64,000 bases of DNA, from the NCBI RefSeq assembly GCF_020745735.1, contig NC_083427.1, positions 1,395,438 to 1,459,437 of the forward strand, given 5' to 3'. The notes under the pieces are model-generated. The model worked only from the letters and a program-made list of their open reading frames with translations. It ran no database searches and was not told the DNA's origin. The position numbers and the translations under genes are program-made. The stretch is from Hemiscyllium ocellatum. Its lineage: Eukaryota. Of this stretch, positions 50,661 through 62,959 are shown one piece after another. Numbering within the stretch: position 1 is the stretch's first letter; each line of letters begins with the position of its first letter.

Positions 50661-53600
50661 ATGTTGATCTCGCTCTGTTCCTCTTATCTGCAGATGTAAA
50701 TTTTTATATTCGCTCTGTCCGAGGACCCTATATACTTTGTTTGGTATGATCTGCCTGCAGTGCACCTATGTATGTGTCAATAATAATTCCAATCAAATCA
50801 AATTTGTTAGAAAGCAATGAACAGCAACTATTTTAAGGAGTTCAATCGAAGTAAATTTGAATGCAAATGCACGTATTGCTTCATATTTGTAGTATTGCTA
50901 AGATTGCACCGAGACATAGTGCAAAATCTGTTAACTTCACTTAAATTAGGCTGCAACTTCCTTTCAAATGAATTGTGATGGACATCCAGATGACAAATTT
51001 GTGAGATTGACGGACCAACCTATGAAACAACTTTGAAGAAATAGCACTAATAGTTTGAGCTAATCGAATAATCAGAGATTGACCGAGCATGTACATGACA
51101 GTGTACAGTTGGTGTCTGATGTTAATGACGTTAGTGGCAATGTGGATGTATGGAAAAATTACTCGAGGTAGGCGATCCAATACTGTCGAGAATGGTGAAT
51201 CAGTATCAAGGGGTGGGGCAGACTGCTCCATGCTTCCATATTCCTGTCATCTCAACAGCAGAAAGCTACAGAATCGAAGATAATTAAAACAAAAAGGAGA
51301 GTAGCAAATCAACGAGAGAATGAATAAAATGATGGAAAAGTTAAGGCATTCCTAAGTATGTTTTCATTGAGCTATGTCGGGTAAGAAGGTGAATAATGAA
51401 AGCATTGGGGAGAACAGGACTGGCCATTGTAACTGTTTCTGAGAGAATTTTTTGTCTTCACTAAGGAGGGGATTAATGCAAAGAGTGTAATTTTAAAAAG
51501 GATTCCAGTCAAATTTTAGATTAAATATTAATGAGAATGAAAGTATTGTAGAGTGAGAACACCTGGAAAGTGCATATACATTTCGTGGTAAAAGGAACCC
51601 AGTGAGGAAATAATAGATGTTGAAAGGATCATTTGCCAATTCTCACGAAATGTATGTGATGTAGCAGATAATTATAATTGTAAGTCTACAACTATTCCAG
51701 CCTCGAAAATGTCTTGATAGTCGACCAGAAAGTTAAAGGCCAGTCAGTCTGTACTCCATGGAGGACTCGTTACGATAACCAATTATAAAAGGTCAGGTGG
51801 AATGGTACTAAGAAAGAGATGGACTAATCTTGGGAAGTCAGAATGAATTTGTGAAGTGAACATCGTGTGTTATCAAGTTCAGCGATTTTTTTTGGTGCAA
51901 TGGCATCAAAGAGACTCTTAGGGATAGTATTTCGGTAATGTCCAAATGGATATAGTGAGGCATTTGCCGAGGTCCAACGTAGAAGACTTGTCAGAAAAAT
52001 AAAGCCCATGAAATACAAGAGAGTGCCAAGTTGGATTAAAAAATTGCGTCACCGACAGGAAGCAATGTTTAACACTGCAGAATGTGTTCCTTTGTTTTTG
52101 ACCATCTCCAGTGTTGTATGACACGACTTAGTGTTTTATCGTTCGGCATTTGAGGTGAACATTCATGATTTATATTTTAATGTGAAAGTTTTGATTTGGA
52201 TTTCGTTGATGATACAGAGGCAGTGGCATCGATTATATTAATGATAATGGCCGTCAAATGCAGCTTTATATTACTGGTTCAGTTCTGCCAGTGAAATATG
52301 ATAATTTGAATTCAGTCTGTAAGTGGGAATATATGAAGTGAAGAGGATGTCAGAAACTTTGCAGCATACGTCCACCGGTCCATGATTGCTGAAGAACAGG
52401 TGACGAAATATGTTAAAAAAAGGCATGTGTGAACCAATGAGATGTTTTCCTGCTTTTGATGAAATGTTGAACACTAAATGTATTCAATGCGGCAGTTTTG
52501 TGTTGAGTCCAGGTCACCACGTTCGTGGGAAGGCAAAATTGTTCAGGATAGGGGACAAGTTGTACAAGAATGCTGTGAGAAATTTTAAATGGATGTACCA
52601 TAGTTGTTTTCCTCCTAAGACAGGCGGCAGAGTTCTAACTAAATTGAACAGTACAAAATAATGAGGGTTTTATGTAGTATGGGCAGCGAAGTCATGTTAT
52701 TATTGCGGGGAAGCCAGAGGGAAATACATTAGTGTATTATACACAAGTAAAGTTTTTTTTTTCAGTCACATTCTGTAATTAGAACAAAATAACTGATCGT
52801 CGTTTAAACAGAGGGTACCTCTAAGGACGACATGGGAAGTAAGGGAGAGAAAAGCATTTCCACCCGATACTGGGGGCTGTCTGTGATTTGCTTCCTGGTT
52901 TGATGGTTGAGACAGAAATCCTCAAGTTATTTGGAAGCAGTTTGGATGTGAAGCTGGGGCGTTGTGTCCTTCAGTAATGTTGTATGGTTCTATAGTTCTG
53001 CAAAGTTTCATTCATAACGTGATCGCTAACTTGATCTCTTCAAATCTGCCAATGGAACTTTATTTGTGGGAGCTATTTTGAAATTAGAATGATTCATTTT
53101 GGATCAAGTTATCAGTCAGTTGGAGAAACGTGCATTAATTACAGAAATGAAGCCATGATTCAAAACAGGAAAAAAAAAGGAGTTCAAATAATTGATTGGT
53201 ATTTTGACGAGGTCACGAAGTGTTATATTTTGAAATGCTGACATGAAATTGCAGAGGAAGAGAATCAATACTTTTCGACAATTGTAAAGTCACAGAATAC
53301 AAAGACAATTGTAAAAGATGACAGGAAGTAATATAATTGCCAAATGAGGTGGAGTATCTATGTGCTTCCGAATTGAGAAAACATTTATAGTGATCTGTAC
53401 TGAATAGACCACTGGTTAAATCTTTCTATGAGAACTGGCGTTCTCTTCCACGTCCCCAGTTGTTGCCTATTTCACATAATCTTTAATACCTAATTAGCAT
53501 TTGATTCCACTTTATGCCTGTGAAAGTTCTGCACCGAGTGATGTCAAGTGTAATTATTTTGGATGGATTTTGTTTAATTGTTGTTGGTATCAAGAGGCAA

Positions 53601-53869
53601 GATATTACTTGGTAGTCACCAGATGCTGTTGTCATCCTCACTTTTTTCTCCGAACGCGAAAAGCACAATTGTATGGGATATTAATTCATTTTAAGATCCA
53701 TAGATGCACAGATTCATAACAGCACAGAAAAGACCCTTTGCTCCATCGTGTCTCCTCCAACATGCACTAAACGTGCACTAATTGCAATTTCCTGCACTTG
53801 TCCCACATCCTTGAATATTGTGATAGTTGAAGTACTTTTCCATTTCTTCAAAGTTTGCAAGGTTTCCAG

Positions 53870-55695
53870 TCAAGGTGAAAAGTTGCTGGCAGTTCACAAC
53901 AAGGGAAACGTGCAGACCTTCTACAGGGATATCAGGAATGCAAGAATGACTGGATTAAGATTAGGCCAATCAAAGATGGTTTTGGAAAGTTGTGTGTGGA
54001 AACTGAGGACATAACTGAAGCGCTTAATGAATACTTTTCGTCAGTCTTCATTATGGAAAAGGGAAATGTTTGTGAGAATGCAGAGATGCAGACTACAAGA
54101 ATTGATGGGATTATGCTAGACAAAGTGGAGGTTTTAGCAATTTTGGAAGATCTGAAAATAGTTAAGACCCCATGGCTAGGTGGGGTTTATCCTCGAATTC
54201 TCGGGTAAGCCAGTGAACAGGTTGCAGACCCTTTTGCTTTGATCATGATGTCACCATTCCTGACAAGAGTAGTGCCAGAAAACTGGATGATAACAGATAT
54301 TGTTCCTTTGTTTTAGAAGGAGAGTCGGGACAACCCTGATAGTTATAGGCCCGTGAGCTTTACAGTGGGTTATAAGAGATACGATATATGATCATCTGGA
54401 AAGGAATGATTTGATTATGGATAGTCCACATGGTTTTGCGAACTGTGGGTCGTGTCTCACTAACCTTATTGAGTTCTTCGAGAAGGTGACAAAGCAGGTG
54501 GATGAAGGTCAAGAGGTTGCTGTGACGTATTTGGACTTGAGTAAGGCGTTTGATAGGATTCCACGTGGTAGTCTCTTGTACAAAATATGGAGTTTCGGGA
54601 TTGAAGGTGATTTAACAGTTTGGATCAGAAATCGGCTAGCTTAAAGAACATAGAGGATGGTGTTCGATGGGAAAAGTTCATCCTGGTTCTTGGTTATCAG
54701 TGGCATGCAGCAAGGGTCTGGTCTGGGGGCACTGCTGTTTGTCATTTTGATAAATAATCTAGATGTGAGCGTTAAAGGATGAGTTCGTAAATTTGCAGAT
54801 GACACTACGGTAGGCAGAGTTGTGGTTAGTGCCAAAGAATGGTGTGGGCTACAGAGGGACACAGTTAAGTTTCAGAGCTGGGCTGAGACGTGGGAAATGG
54901 AGATTAATGTGGAAAAAGTGTGAGGTGGTTTACTTCAAAGAAGTAATGGGTAAGCAAAGTCCTGGGCTTGAGGTAAAATGTTTGGCAGGGTAGATGAACA
55001 GAGAGATCTCGGTTTCCAGGTGCATTAATCCCTGAAAAATACCACCCAGTTTGATAGGGTTGTTAAGAGGCATATGGTGTATTCGCGTTTATCGGTAGGG
55101 GGATTGAGTTTCATAGCCAAAAGATCATGCTTCAGCTGTCCAAGATACTGGTAAGGCCACACCTGGAATATTGCATGCAGTTCTGGTCACTGCACTATCA
55201 GAAGGATGTTGAAGCTTTGGAAAGGGTTCAACGGACATTTTCCAGGATGTTGCCTGGTATGGAAAGAAGGTCTTTTGAAGAAAGGCTGAGGGAACTGAGG
55301 CTGTTTCCGTGGGAGAGAAGAAAGTTGAGAGGTGACTGAATCAAAATGGATCAGATCATAACATGGTTTGATAGGGTGGGCAGTGAGAGCCTTTTTCCTC
55401 GGATGGTGATGGCTAACATGAGGGGACTGAGCTTAAACAGAGGGCTGTTAGATTTAGAACAGATATTCGGGGTAGTTTCTTCACTCAGAGATGACTAGGG
55501 GCGTGAAATACTCTGCCTGCAGTAGTAGACTCGTTGAAGTTAAGAGCATTTAAATGGACATTGGGAATACGTATAGATAATACTGTAATAGTGTAGGTTA
55601 GAAGGGCATCAGTTTATTTTCACAGGTCGGTAAAGCATTGAGGCTCGAAGGGTCTGAACTGCTCTGTAACGTTCTGTGTTCGATGTTCTATGTTA
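53870..55695 (+). mobile_element. Long decayed CR1 ORF2 fragment
   Basis: ORFs with HGFANCGSCLTNLIEFFEKVTKQVDEG, YLDLSKAFD and LVRPHLEYCMQFWS. Confidence 0.9.
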
Positions 55696-55699
55696 CTTC

Positions 55700-56630
55700 G
55701 CCAACCTGTGCATTCCAAATTCTCTCGACGTGTTGAATGACACTCTGAACCTCATGCCCCTGTCGTGATTGACTCCTCAACGAAAGTGGGGGCAGGTGTT
55801 CTCTATTAAAACTTTCCATACCTCTCGTAATCGTATACACGTAAATCATTACCCCTTCTGTCTACTCTGTTTTGAAGAAAATGATCCAAACACTATCTAG
55901 GGTCATAAGATAGCTCAATTTCTCCGTGCCGGGCAACATCCTGGTGAACCTTCCCTCTCTCCCCTCTGATCCTATCTCATCCTTCCTGCCATGACAAGAC
56001 CAGAACTGGACATCGTACTTCAAACCTGGCCTTACTAATGTTTTGTACAAGTCCAAAATTACTTTTTAATGCGCTATGGCACGACAGATGAAAACAAGTG
56101 TGCCCTAACACTACTTCATCTTGTTTCTTCTTCCAAAGCATATTATCTTGCACTTATCAGGGTTAATTATCATCTGTCTTAGGTCTCCAATCACCCAATA
56201 GGATTTTGACTATTTACCACTCTTCCAAATGTGGTATCTTCTGCAAGTTTGCTTCATGTTCCTCCTTCCCCCACATTCTTATCTGAATTTTTGTGTATCT
56301 AACGAACAATAAGTTTTCTTAAACTGCTCCGAGTGGTGTACCGTTTCACACAAGGCTCCAGTGATCCAAACAGCCTTCTGTCATTGTCTTTGGGTTCGTT
56401 TATAGAGCTCGCTTCTGATCTGGTGTGAAAGCTTTCGCTCAGGTCCATGTGCTTTAACTGTCTCAAATAATGTACAGTAAGAGGTCTTCCAAAAGCTTTT
56501 ATGCAATCCATATATAAACTACATCAACTGATCTCCTGTTGTCCACACATTTTATTGTATTTTCAAAAATTTCCAACAAATTTGCTATTCATGACATCCC
56601 TCTGGGAAAGCCATGTTTATTATTCTCTGC
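55700..56630 (-). mobile_element. CR1/L2 fragment
   Basis: ORF 55862..56056 (LYKTLVRPGLKYDVQFWS). Confidence 0.75.
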
Positions 56631-56841
56631 CCTCTATTGCCTGGTCTCACAACTAAATACTCTACTCTGTCATGGAAGTCCCATGGTAGATCATTAATTC
56701 CTTTACTGAAGTTTACTCAGTCTGACAACGAATGTATCAAATATCACACAATTGCCAGTGCCTTGATATTACAGAAAATTTACTGGGATTTCTTTTGTCG
56801 ACGTGACTAATTTTTCAAAAAAAATTCTCCACTAATTGTAG

Positions 56842-56999
56842 GTATCCCTGAAATAAAAGATGACCCGGTAGACTATGACATCGAAGAAAACGAACAAGAA
56901 AATTTCAATGGAGATGCCAACAGTTCATTATCCATTATGACGTTTGTCGTCCTGTTTATTCTTAGTACGCTGTACAGCACATTTGTAACTGTGCTTAAG
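56842..56999 (+). CDS. IgNAR: IgNAR TM1 exon (GIPEIKDDPVDYDIEENEQENFNGDANSSLSIMTFVVLFILSTLYSTFVTVLK)
   Basis: Acceptor TAATTGTAG; phase 1 to phase 0; acidic spacer then the CART antigen-receptor motif (F..LF.LS.LYST.VT); donor AAG|GTAAGA. Too short for the ORF track. Confidence 0.93.
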
Positions 57000-59532
57000 G
57001 TAAGAACACATTTTTCATAGCTGAGTTACATTTGGCATTCATAGATGAAGTCAAGCTAATCTGCACATAATAATGCAGAGGTATTTCTAAAAAAAATCAT
57101 TTATCCTCTTCAAATTGATCTAGAGTGATTAACTGCCGTCTTGAATAAACGTCCTCATGGGATGATTGCACAGAGGAATGCAAACACACATTTTTTTTAA
57201 AAATGCGGGATTTAGGAACCAAAATATGTAAGTCATTGAAATAATGCTTCACTTGTAGTGTCAGCTCATAAAAGGATAGAAAACTTTTTTTTCAAAAAAT
57301 GGAGTTCATACTTTGTTGTAATAAGCTAGACACGGTGAAATATATTGAGACTCGAGAGTATAAAGGTAAAAAAAGGATGGAAAAAGTTCAGCACAAATTG
57401 TTTCAAATAGTTCTTCATCTCCATGAAGGAATGAGGAAAATATTACTTAATGAATCAGATTAACTAGTGACAGATCAAAGTGAATTTATAGAAAAAGCAT
57501 CGGTATGAGAGGCGACTTTATTTGTAACATGCAGGATTCTTCCAGATCTTTACAGAATAGGTGCAGAAATAGTTTTTAAAAATATACTATAAAACCAGAT
57601 TCTAGTCCACCAGTTGCATTTGGAAGCACGGGTTTTCAGAGCGCTGATCCTGTGAAGTGTGATTTTTAACTTTATCCACCCCAGTCCAATACCAAATCCT
57701 CGACATCATGCAGAAAGATTGTTTGACTTGGTGGTGGATTAATACAGGCACAGAAGACACAAACAGAATTTCTACGGAGTTGTGCTGATCTAACTATTCT
57801 AATCCCACGTTCCAGCATTTGAGTTGTATGTTAAAATTCTTGAAGTGCTCATCCACGTCAACATTTAAATATTATAACGTATTTTCTCACATCTACTACC
57901 CTCCGAGGCATTGCCCTGCAGATGCCCACTACCGTCTGGCTGAACAAATACTTCATAAAATTCATTCTAATACACCTACCCTTCAGTTTCAATTTGTTCC
58001 TTCCTAACTGAATGAAACAACAGTCTCCCATCTACCCTGTCCATGCCGCTTGTAGTCATATACATCTCAATCACGTTCCCCTATCTATTTCCTCTGTTGT
58101 AAAGAAAACAACCTGGATGAACAAAGTATCTGTTAATCGTTAGAGCTTAATCTTCTACAAACTCCCTCCACTTAAAAAAATTCCTTGGTGTCGTGTTGTA
58201 AACACAACTACACACAGTAATCCAGCTGTGGAAAAACCGAACTTTTACAAAACTCCAACATCACCGTCCTGATCTCACATCTCTGAAATACGTACTGATA
58301 AAGGCAAGGGTACAGAATGTCTTCTTAAAAAAAGGCACTCGGCATCCACACAATTTTGAGTGGGCGACCTCAACATCTCCAGCATCTTTTATCAGAGGAA
58401 ATGGTTCATCACATCACTCCCTGTTATGTTAGCACTAATTAATACGGTTACCAAGCATACTCTGTGACCATCATCATCAATATCACCATTAGATCATGAT
58501 GATTGAGTTACCACTTCAATACATAGTTTTGATGGATCTCAAGAGTTATCCTGCTTCACTGCATTTCGCTCAGAACTAATTTCAGCCACCTTGTGTAATT
58601 CACCTTAATAGAAATTCACCATGATCACTGCAGACACGACATCGTTTGATTGACTCTGCATTATGCAGAATCTGCCACCAATATATCCTTCTTGCCATAT
58701 GTCCTCTGCAGCCAAATGCAAAGTTAAAAATTCGGTGTGACTACAACAGGATGCCCCACTCATTGTTTCCCACACATATCCTTGAATTAGGAATCTGTAA
58801 TCTATTAATGAAAAACAAACAAATACAAAAGCTCTGAAGAAAGTTCACTGCACCTGCAGCATTAAATCTGGTTTCACTGTACAGATGCTGCCGGAGGTTT
58901 TCCATCAATTTCAACATTTGTTTTTGATTTCCAGTATCCACAGATCTTTAGCTTTTTGATTAATGATAATGCTTTGTCTGAGAGAAAAAAATCCTGCATG
59001 ACAATTGGTTGCCTTGCAAACAGGTGAAAGCCGCATTTCACGGGGCAACCGATTGAAATAGAGAAGAAGATTCATAGATTTTGTTTTGAGATTTTCAAGG
59101 AGTAGTCAACGGCCATATTATAATTTTATGTTTTAATCTCTTGTGCTTAAATAACACCCTACAGACGTAGGGTGCCGTCAGTTCATTCTTCCAGCTTTGC
59201 TAGAGCATTGAATACTGTTTCTCCTGGAATTTCCCACTCTAACTTTAGAAACTTGATTCTCAGCAGATTGCCGATATATGCTGCAGAGTGCACTTTTACA
59301 TTTTGTACTTAAATGGCATCGGAAACACGTAATTGTCCCAGCGTTACTGCACCAGCGATCACTTTGTCAGCTGCAAACTCAGTTTTCAGTGAGGCTGTTC
59401 CAAGTTGCAAGCAGAATGATGGAGTCGAGAGAAAATTAATTCAATTAATTTATTAACAGGAACTCAGAATTTGTTGATGTTTTGTAATGAAATTTGAACT
59501 GTCTTCGCCAACTGAAAACAACCTTACATTTG

Positions 59533-60430
59533 CCCAAAAGAGAGAAAATGCTGGAAAATCTCAGCAAATTTGGCAGCATCTGGAAGGAGAGAAAAGAGCT
59601 GACGTTTCGGGTCTAAAAGATCCTTTGTCAAAGCTAAAGAAAGGGAGAAATAAGGAGGTATTTATACTAGGATGAGAGAAGGTGCCATTTATACATGGCT
59701 CCAGAAGCAAAGGTAGCAGTAAAGAGGTGATAATGACAGTACAGAGAGAGGTTATAGGTTTATTAGAAGCTGAAGCTGAAGGTTGGGGGAAGGGGGCGAG
59801 ATGGAGGGCGGGAATTGGTGAAGCAGAGGCAAAATGGGAAACGAGGGGAAGGGTAGCAAAGGGGGAACAGGAGAGGTAAAAGGTGATGAAAGAGTGGGGA
59901 GCGAGAGAAAGACAGACAATTAAAAAATAAGAGGCACAGAACAGTGAAAAAAATAGAAAATCAAGATAAATGAAACAAATGAAATGAAATTAAGGAGCAA
60001 AATGAAAACAGAGGGGTCGAGATGGTGTAATCATCTGATGTTGAATTCAGTGTTGAGACCGGCAGGCTGTAATGTGCCTAGTCGGAAGATGAGCTGTTGT
60101 TCCTTCAGTTTGCATTGTGCTTCACTGGAACATTGCAGCAGGCCAAGGAAAGACATGTGGGTATGGGAGCAAGATTATGTGTTAAAGTGGCAAGCCACGG
60201 GAAGATCCGGGAACTGATTGCGTACAGATATGGCTCCATAAGCAAAGGTAGCAATAAAGAGGTGATAATGACTGTGTAAATACCTCTCTATTTCTCCCTT
60301 TTTTTTAGCTTCGAGAAAGGGTCAGTTCGGCTCGAAACGTCAGCTCTTTTCTCTCCTTACAGATGCTGCCAGACTTGTTGGGAATGTGTAGTATTTTCTC
60401 TTTTTTGGTTTCAGATTTCAGCATCCGCAG
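59533..60430 (-). mobile_element. Truncated Penelope-like element: GIY-YIG C-terminus flanked by inverted terminal-repeat copies
   Basis: Reverse translation of about 60030-60208 gives DLPVACHFNT*...CKLKEQQLIFRLGTLQPAGLNTEFNIR*; inverted arms of about 130 bp at 59533-59663 and 60277-60408. Confidence 0.85.
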
Positions 60431-60809
60431 TAATTTGCTGTTTTCTTACATTTTCCCACGCGAGCCGTGATCTAACTTTATTTCGTTTGATTTGGTAAAT
60501 TGCCAGAGAATTTCTCTGCGCAACATTTGCTATGCTACTGAACTTAATCTCCTCTACTAAACATGAATCTATGCTTCATTTATTTTTCTTCCAAGTCCAA
60601 GTTTCTCTTTGTACATTGCATACTGAAGAAACGTCTAACCAGAGTTGAGGTTACCTGGTCATGGAGTTTTTTCAACCCTTTCCAGATCACAACACATACC
60701 ACTCGAATTCATAATGATAGTCTGCGATTTGTCTTTTGTGTATGCTTCAGAATGTTAAACGTTTTTATAGATTTTCTTCTCGTAATTATTGGACTTTTGC
60801 TCTCTGCAG

Positions 60810-60818
60810 GTGAACTGA
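60810..60818 (+). CDS. IgNAR: Probable TM2 exon (VN*), giving cytoplasmic tail K-V-N
   Basis: Strong acceptor CTTTTGCTCTCTGCAG then GTG AAC TGA, phase 0 matching TM1 and analogous to the VK* exon of other membrane Igs; followed by about 1.5 kb of AT-rich UTR-like sequence. Confidence 0.75.
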   Translation: MN

Positions 60819-62147
60819 CCGTCACTGCTGAAAACAATTACTTCTGATTTCATTGAAAGCTTGTGTGTGAAGCTCCATCGGTTGCTGATTAGAAATGGCA
60901 TTGAATTGATTTTTGCTCTCAATCATATCGGCCCTTCCACGGTATCACTTCAACGTGTATTCTTATGTGATCTCAACTCAGGAATGAGAACTATTTGCAT
61001 ATTTTTGTCATTAACGTTTGCCTTCACGCTTTCTTTTTCAAGTGTTGGTGTTAAAGAAATTTCATGAAACTGCTACAAGCTAAGGAAATCACTCTTCGCC
61101 ATTTAAATAAGCTGAAGACGAATCTTTCAAAATTGCCAATTGTTGGCAATATTTTGAAAAAACTTGAAGTGTATCCTATGCTACTCCCTTGCTAGACTTG
61201 TGTTCAATACATCTTTGAGAAAGGTAACCAGAGAAACCTACCAAACAGGCATGCAATCAAGTATAGAATTCTTACCCAAGAGCATTAGATAGATAAAAGC
61301 CTATTAATTTGACAGAATGTCAAGTCATTACTATAGAAGACATAGGAAATGCATTTTCCAAGACTTGAAAACAAATCTACAAGCATGAATATTTTTCTCC
61401 TCACTGTTGTTATTGATTATCTGACATTTCCTCTGTTCAGCATTTTTACTTGTGATAAGTGATAAGGCTATCAATGCTGAGTTTGAGCAATTGCTTCGTT
61501 TGCTAGAACCAGCAGAGGGACCGATTGAGACTATCTTCAGGATATTTCGAGATACAGAGCCCTGTGAACACTTAATACAAATTCCTGAGTGTAGCATACA
61601 ATTTGATTCCACCTTGAAAAAGTCGCAGGATTTCACATTCTCGTAGAAATTCAATGGACGTTGTACCCTGCCATTACTATCCGTAAAACCACATATGTGG
61701 AAATGTGTTCAAGTATAATTGCTTATTTCAAACAATGGTTACGAATTCCCAGAAACATTGTTGTTATGAGACAATAGGTGCACTAAAGCAAGTTCATGAA
61801 GTGTTATTTTCAAACAGGGTTCAAATGACTCATTGTCTCTCTCTACTAACAAAAACAAAAGAAGTCTAATTGGCACCAGATACTGTGTAACATCACAGTT
61901 AATAATTAAATGACCTATTTCTGTGCTGTTTATTTTGCTGCAAACTTTCCAAGTTGCAATGGAAGTGATTAAATGTAAGAGAATACATTTAGTTTGAGTG
62001 GATCAGAGATTCATTCTTGAAATTAATGAGCCATTCACACCCTTGTAAGCTCTTCTGCTTGCTCAGTACCTTCATCCTATTCCCACATGTGTTTTCAAGC
62101 CTTTGAGTTAATTTTATTGACAAGACTGCAATTCTTATGATTTTCAA

Positions 62148-62454
62148 AATAAATGAAGTGTCACAAACAGATGAAACTTGCACTCATTTGTGCAAACTGT
62201 AGAAATGTAATGTTGCCTACAATTTACATCAGTGTTGTAATATAATTTAGTTATTGACTTCCTATTCTGTCCAGGCAGTGGCGTGAAATGTACTTGCTAT
62301 TATCTACTCCATATTGCCAATCATTTATATGTTGTAGAAATTCTGACCTTCAATCTAACATGATTTCAAAATGTAATGTTATTCAGTTCGTTCCACAGAT
62401 TACGTCAGTATTCACATATTTTGCCTCATAAATGATTTTCCGTTTGCAAATAAA
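62148..62454 (+). terminator. Candidate poly(A) signals for the membrane form (AATAAA at 62148-62153 and 62449-62454)
   Basis: Hexamers downstream of TM2; which one is used cannot be decided from sequence. Confidence 0.35.
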
Positions 62455-62959
62455 ATCAGTTTTTAATTAAGCAACCGATGTACAGAGCTTTATTCATTTA
62501 CTTTCAAAGTTTGCTGGCCGTAACAATCGTCAGATTGAATTGAAACTCAGTCCTGTCAAGTTTGAAGCATTGACACGATCAAACCTTATTGCCCAAGCAC
62601 AAACTCTCCTTGCGAGATCATACTTTTTTATCTGCTACAATCTCTGTTACATCGGGGACAGCAAAAGCATGTGAGGATGTTAACTGAATTGAAGGGGTAT
62701 TGGCTGGCACTGTTTGATCCCATGCAATGTATATCCTTGTATTTATGCAGAGTAGAGCGACAAGTTTTGATAATTATCATGCAACAAAGATGAGGGATAA
62801 AACGTCACTGAATTACTGCCACAGATATTAGTCATCAACGGAATCTAGTCTTCAGTTCAAAATTCTTCCTGAAAGATGTAAGAATTACATCTATCTGTAA
62901 TGAATCAGAAACGCTATTCAGTAATGAATGAATCAATTATTGAAGACTAATCAGCAGAT

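Noticed and set aside
51500-52050. Possible Tx1/L1 C-terminal remnant
   Set aside because: Only a loose, stop-interrupted resemblance; not supportable without a profile search.
33100-55695. Apparent sense-strand bias of intronic LINEs
   Set aside because: Minus-strand copies also occur (about 29.5-31.9, 46.1 and 55.7 kb) and the numbers are too small.
61385-61462. Second leader-like ORF MNIFLLTVVIDYLTF
   Set aside because: Only 11 nt match the real leader; no splice donor, octamer/TATA pair or downstream V. Treated as coincidence in the TM 3' UTR.
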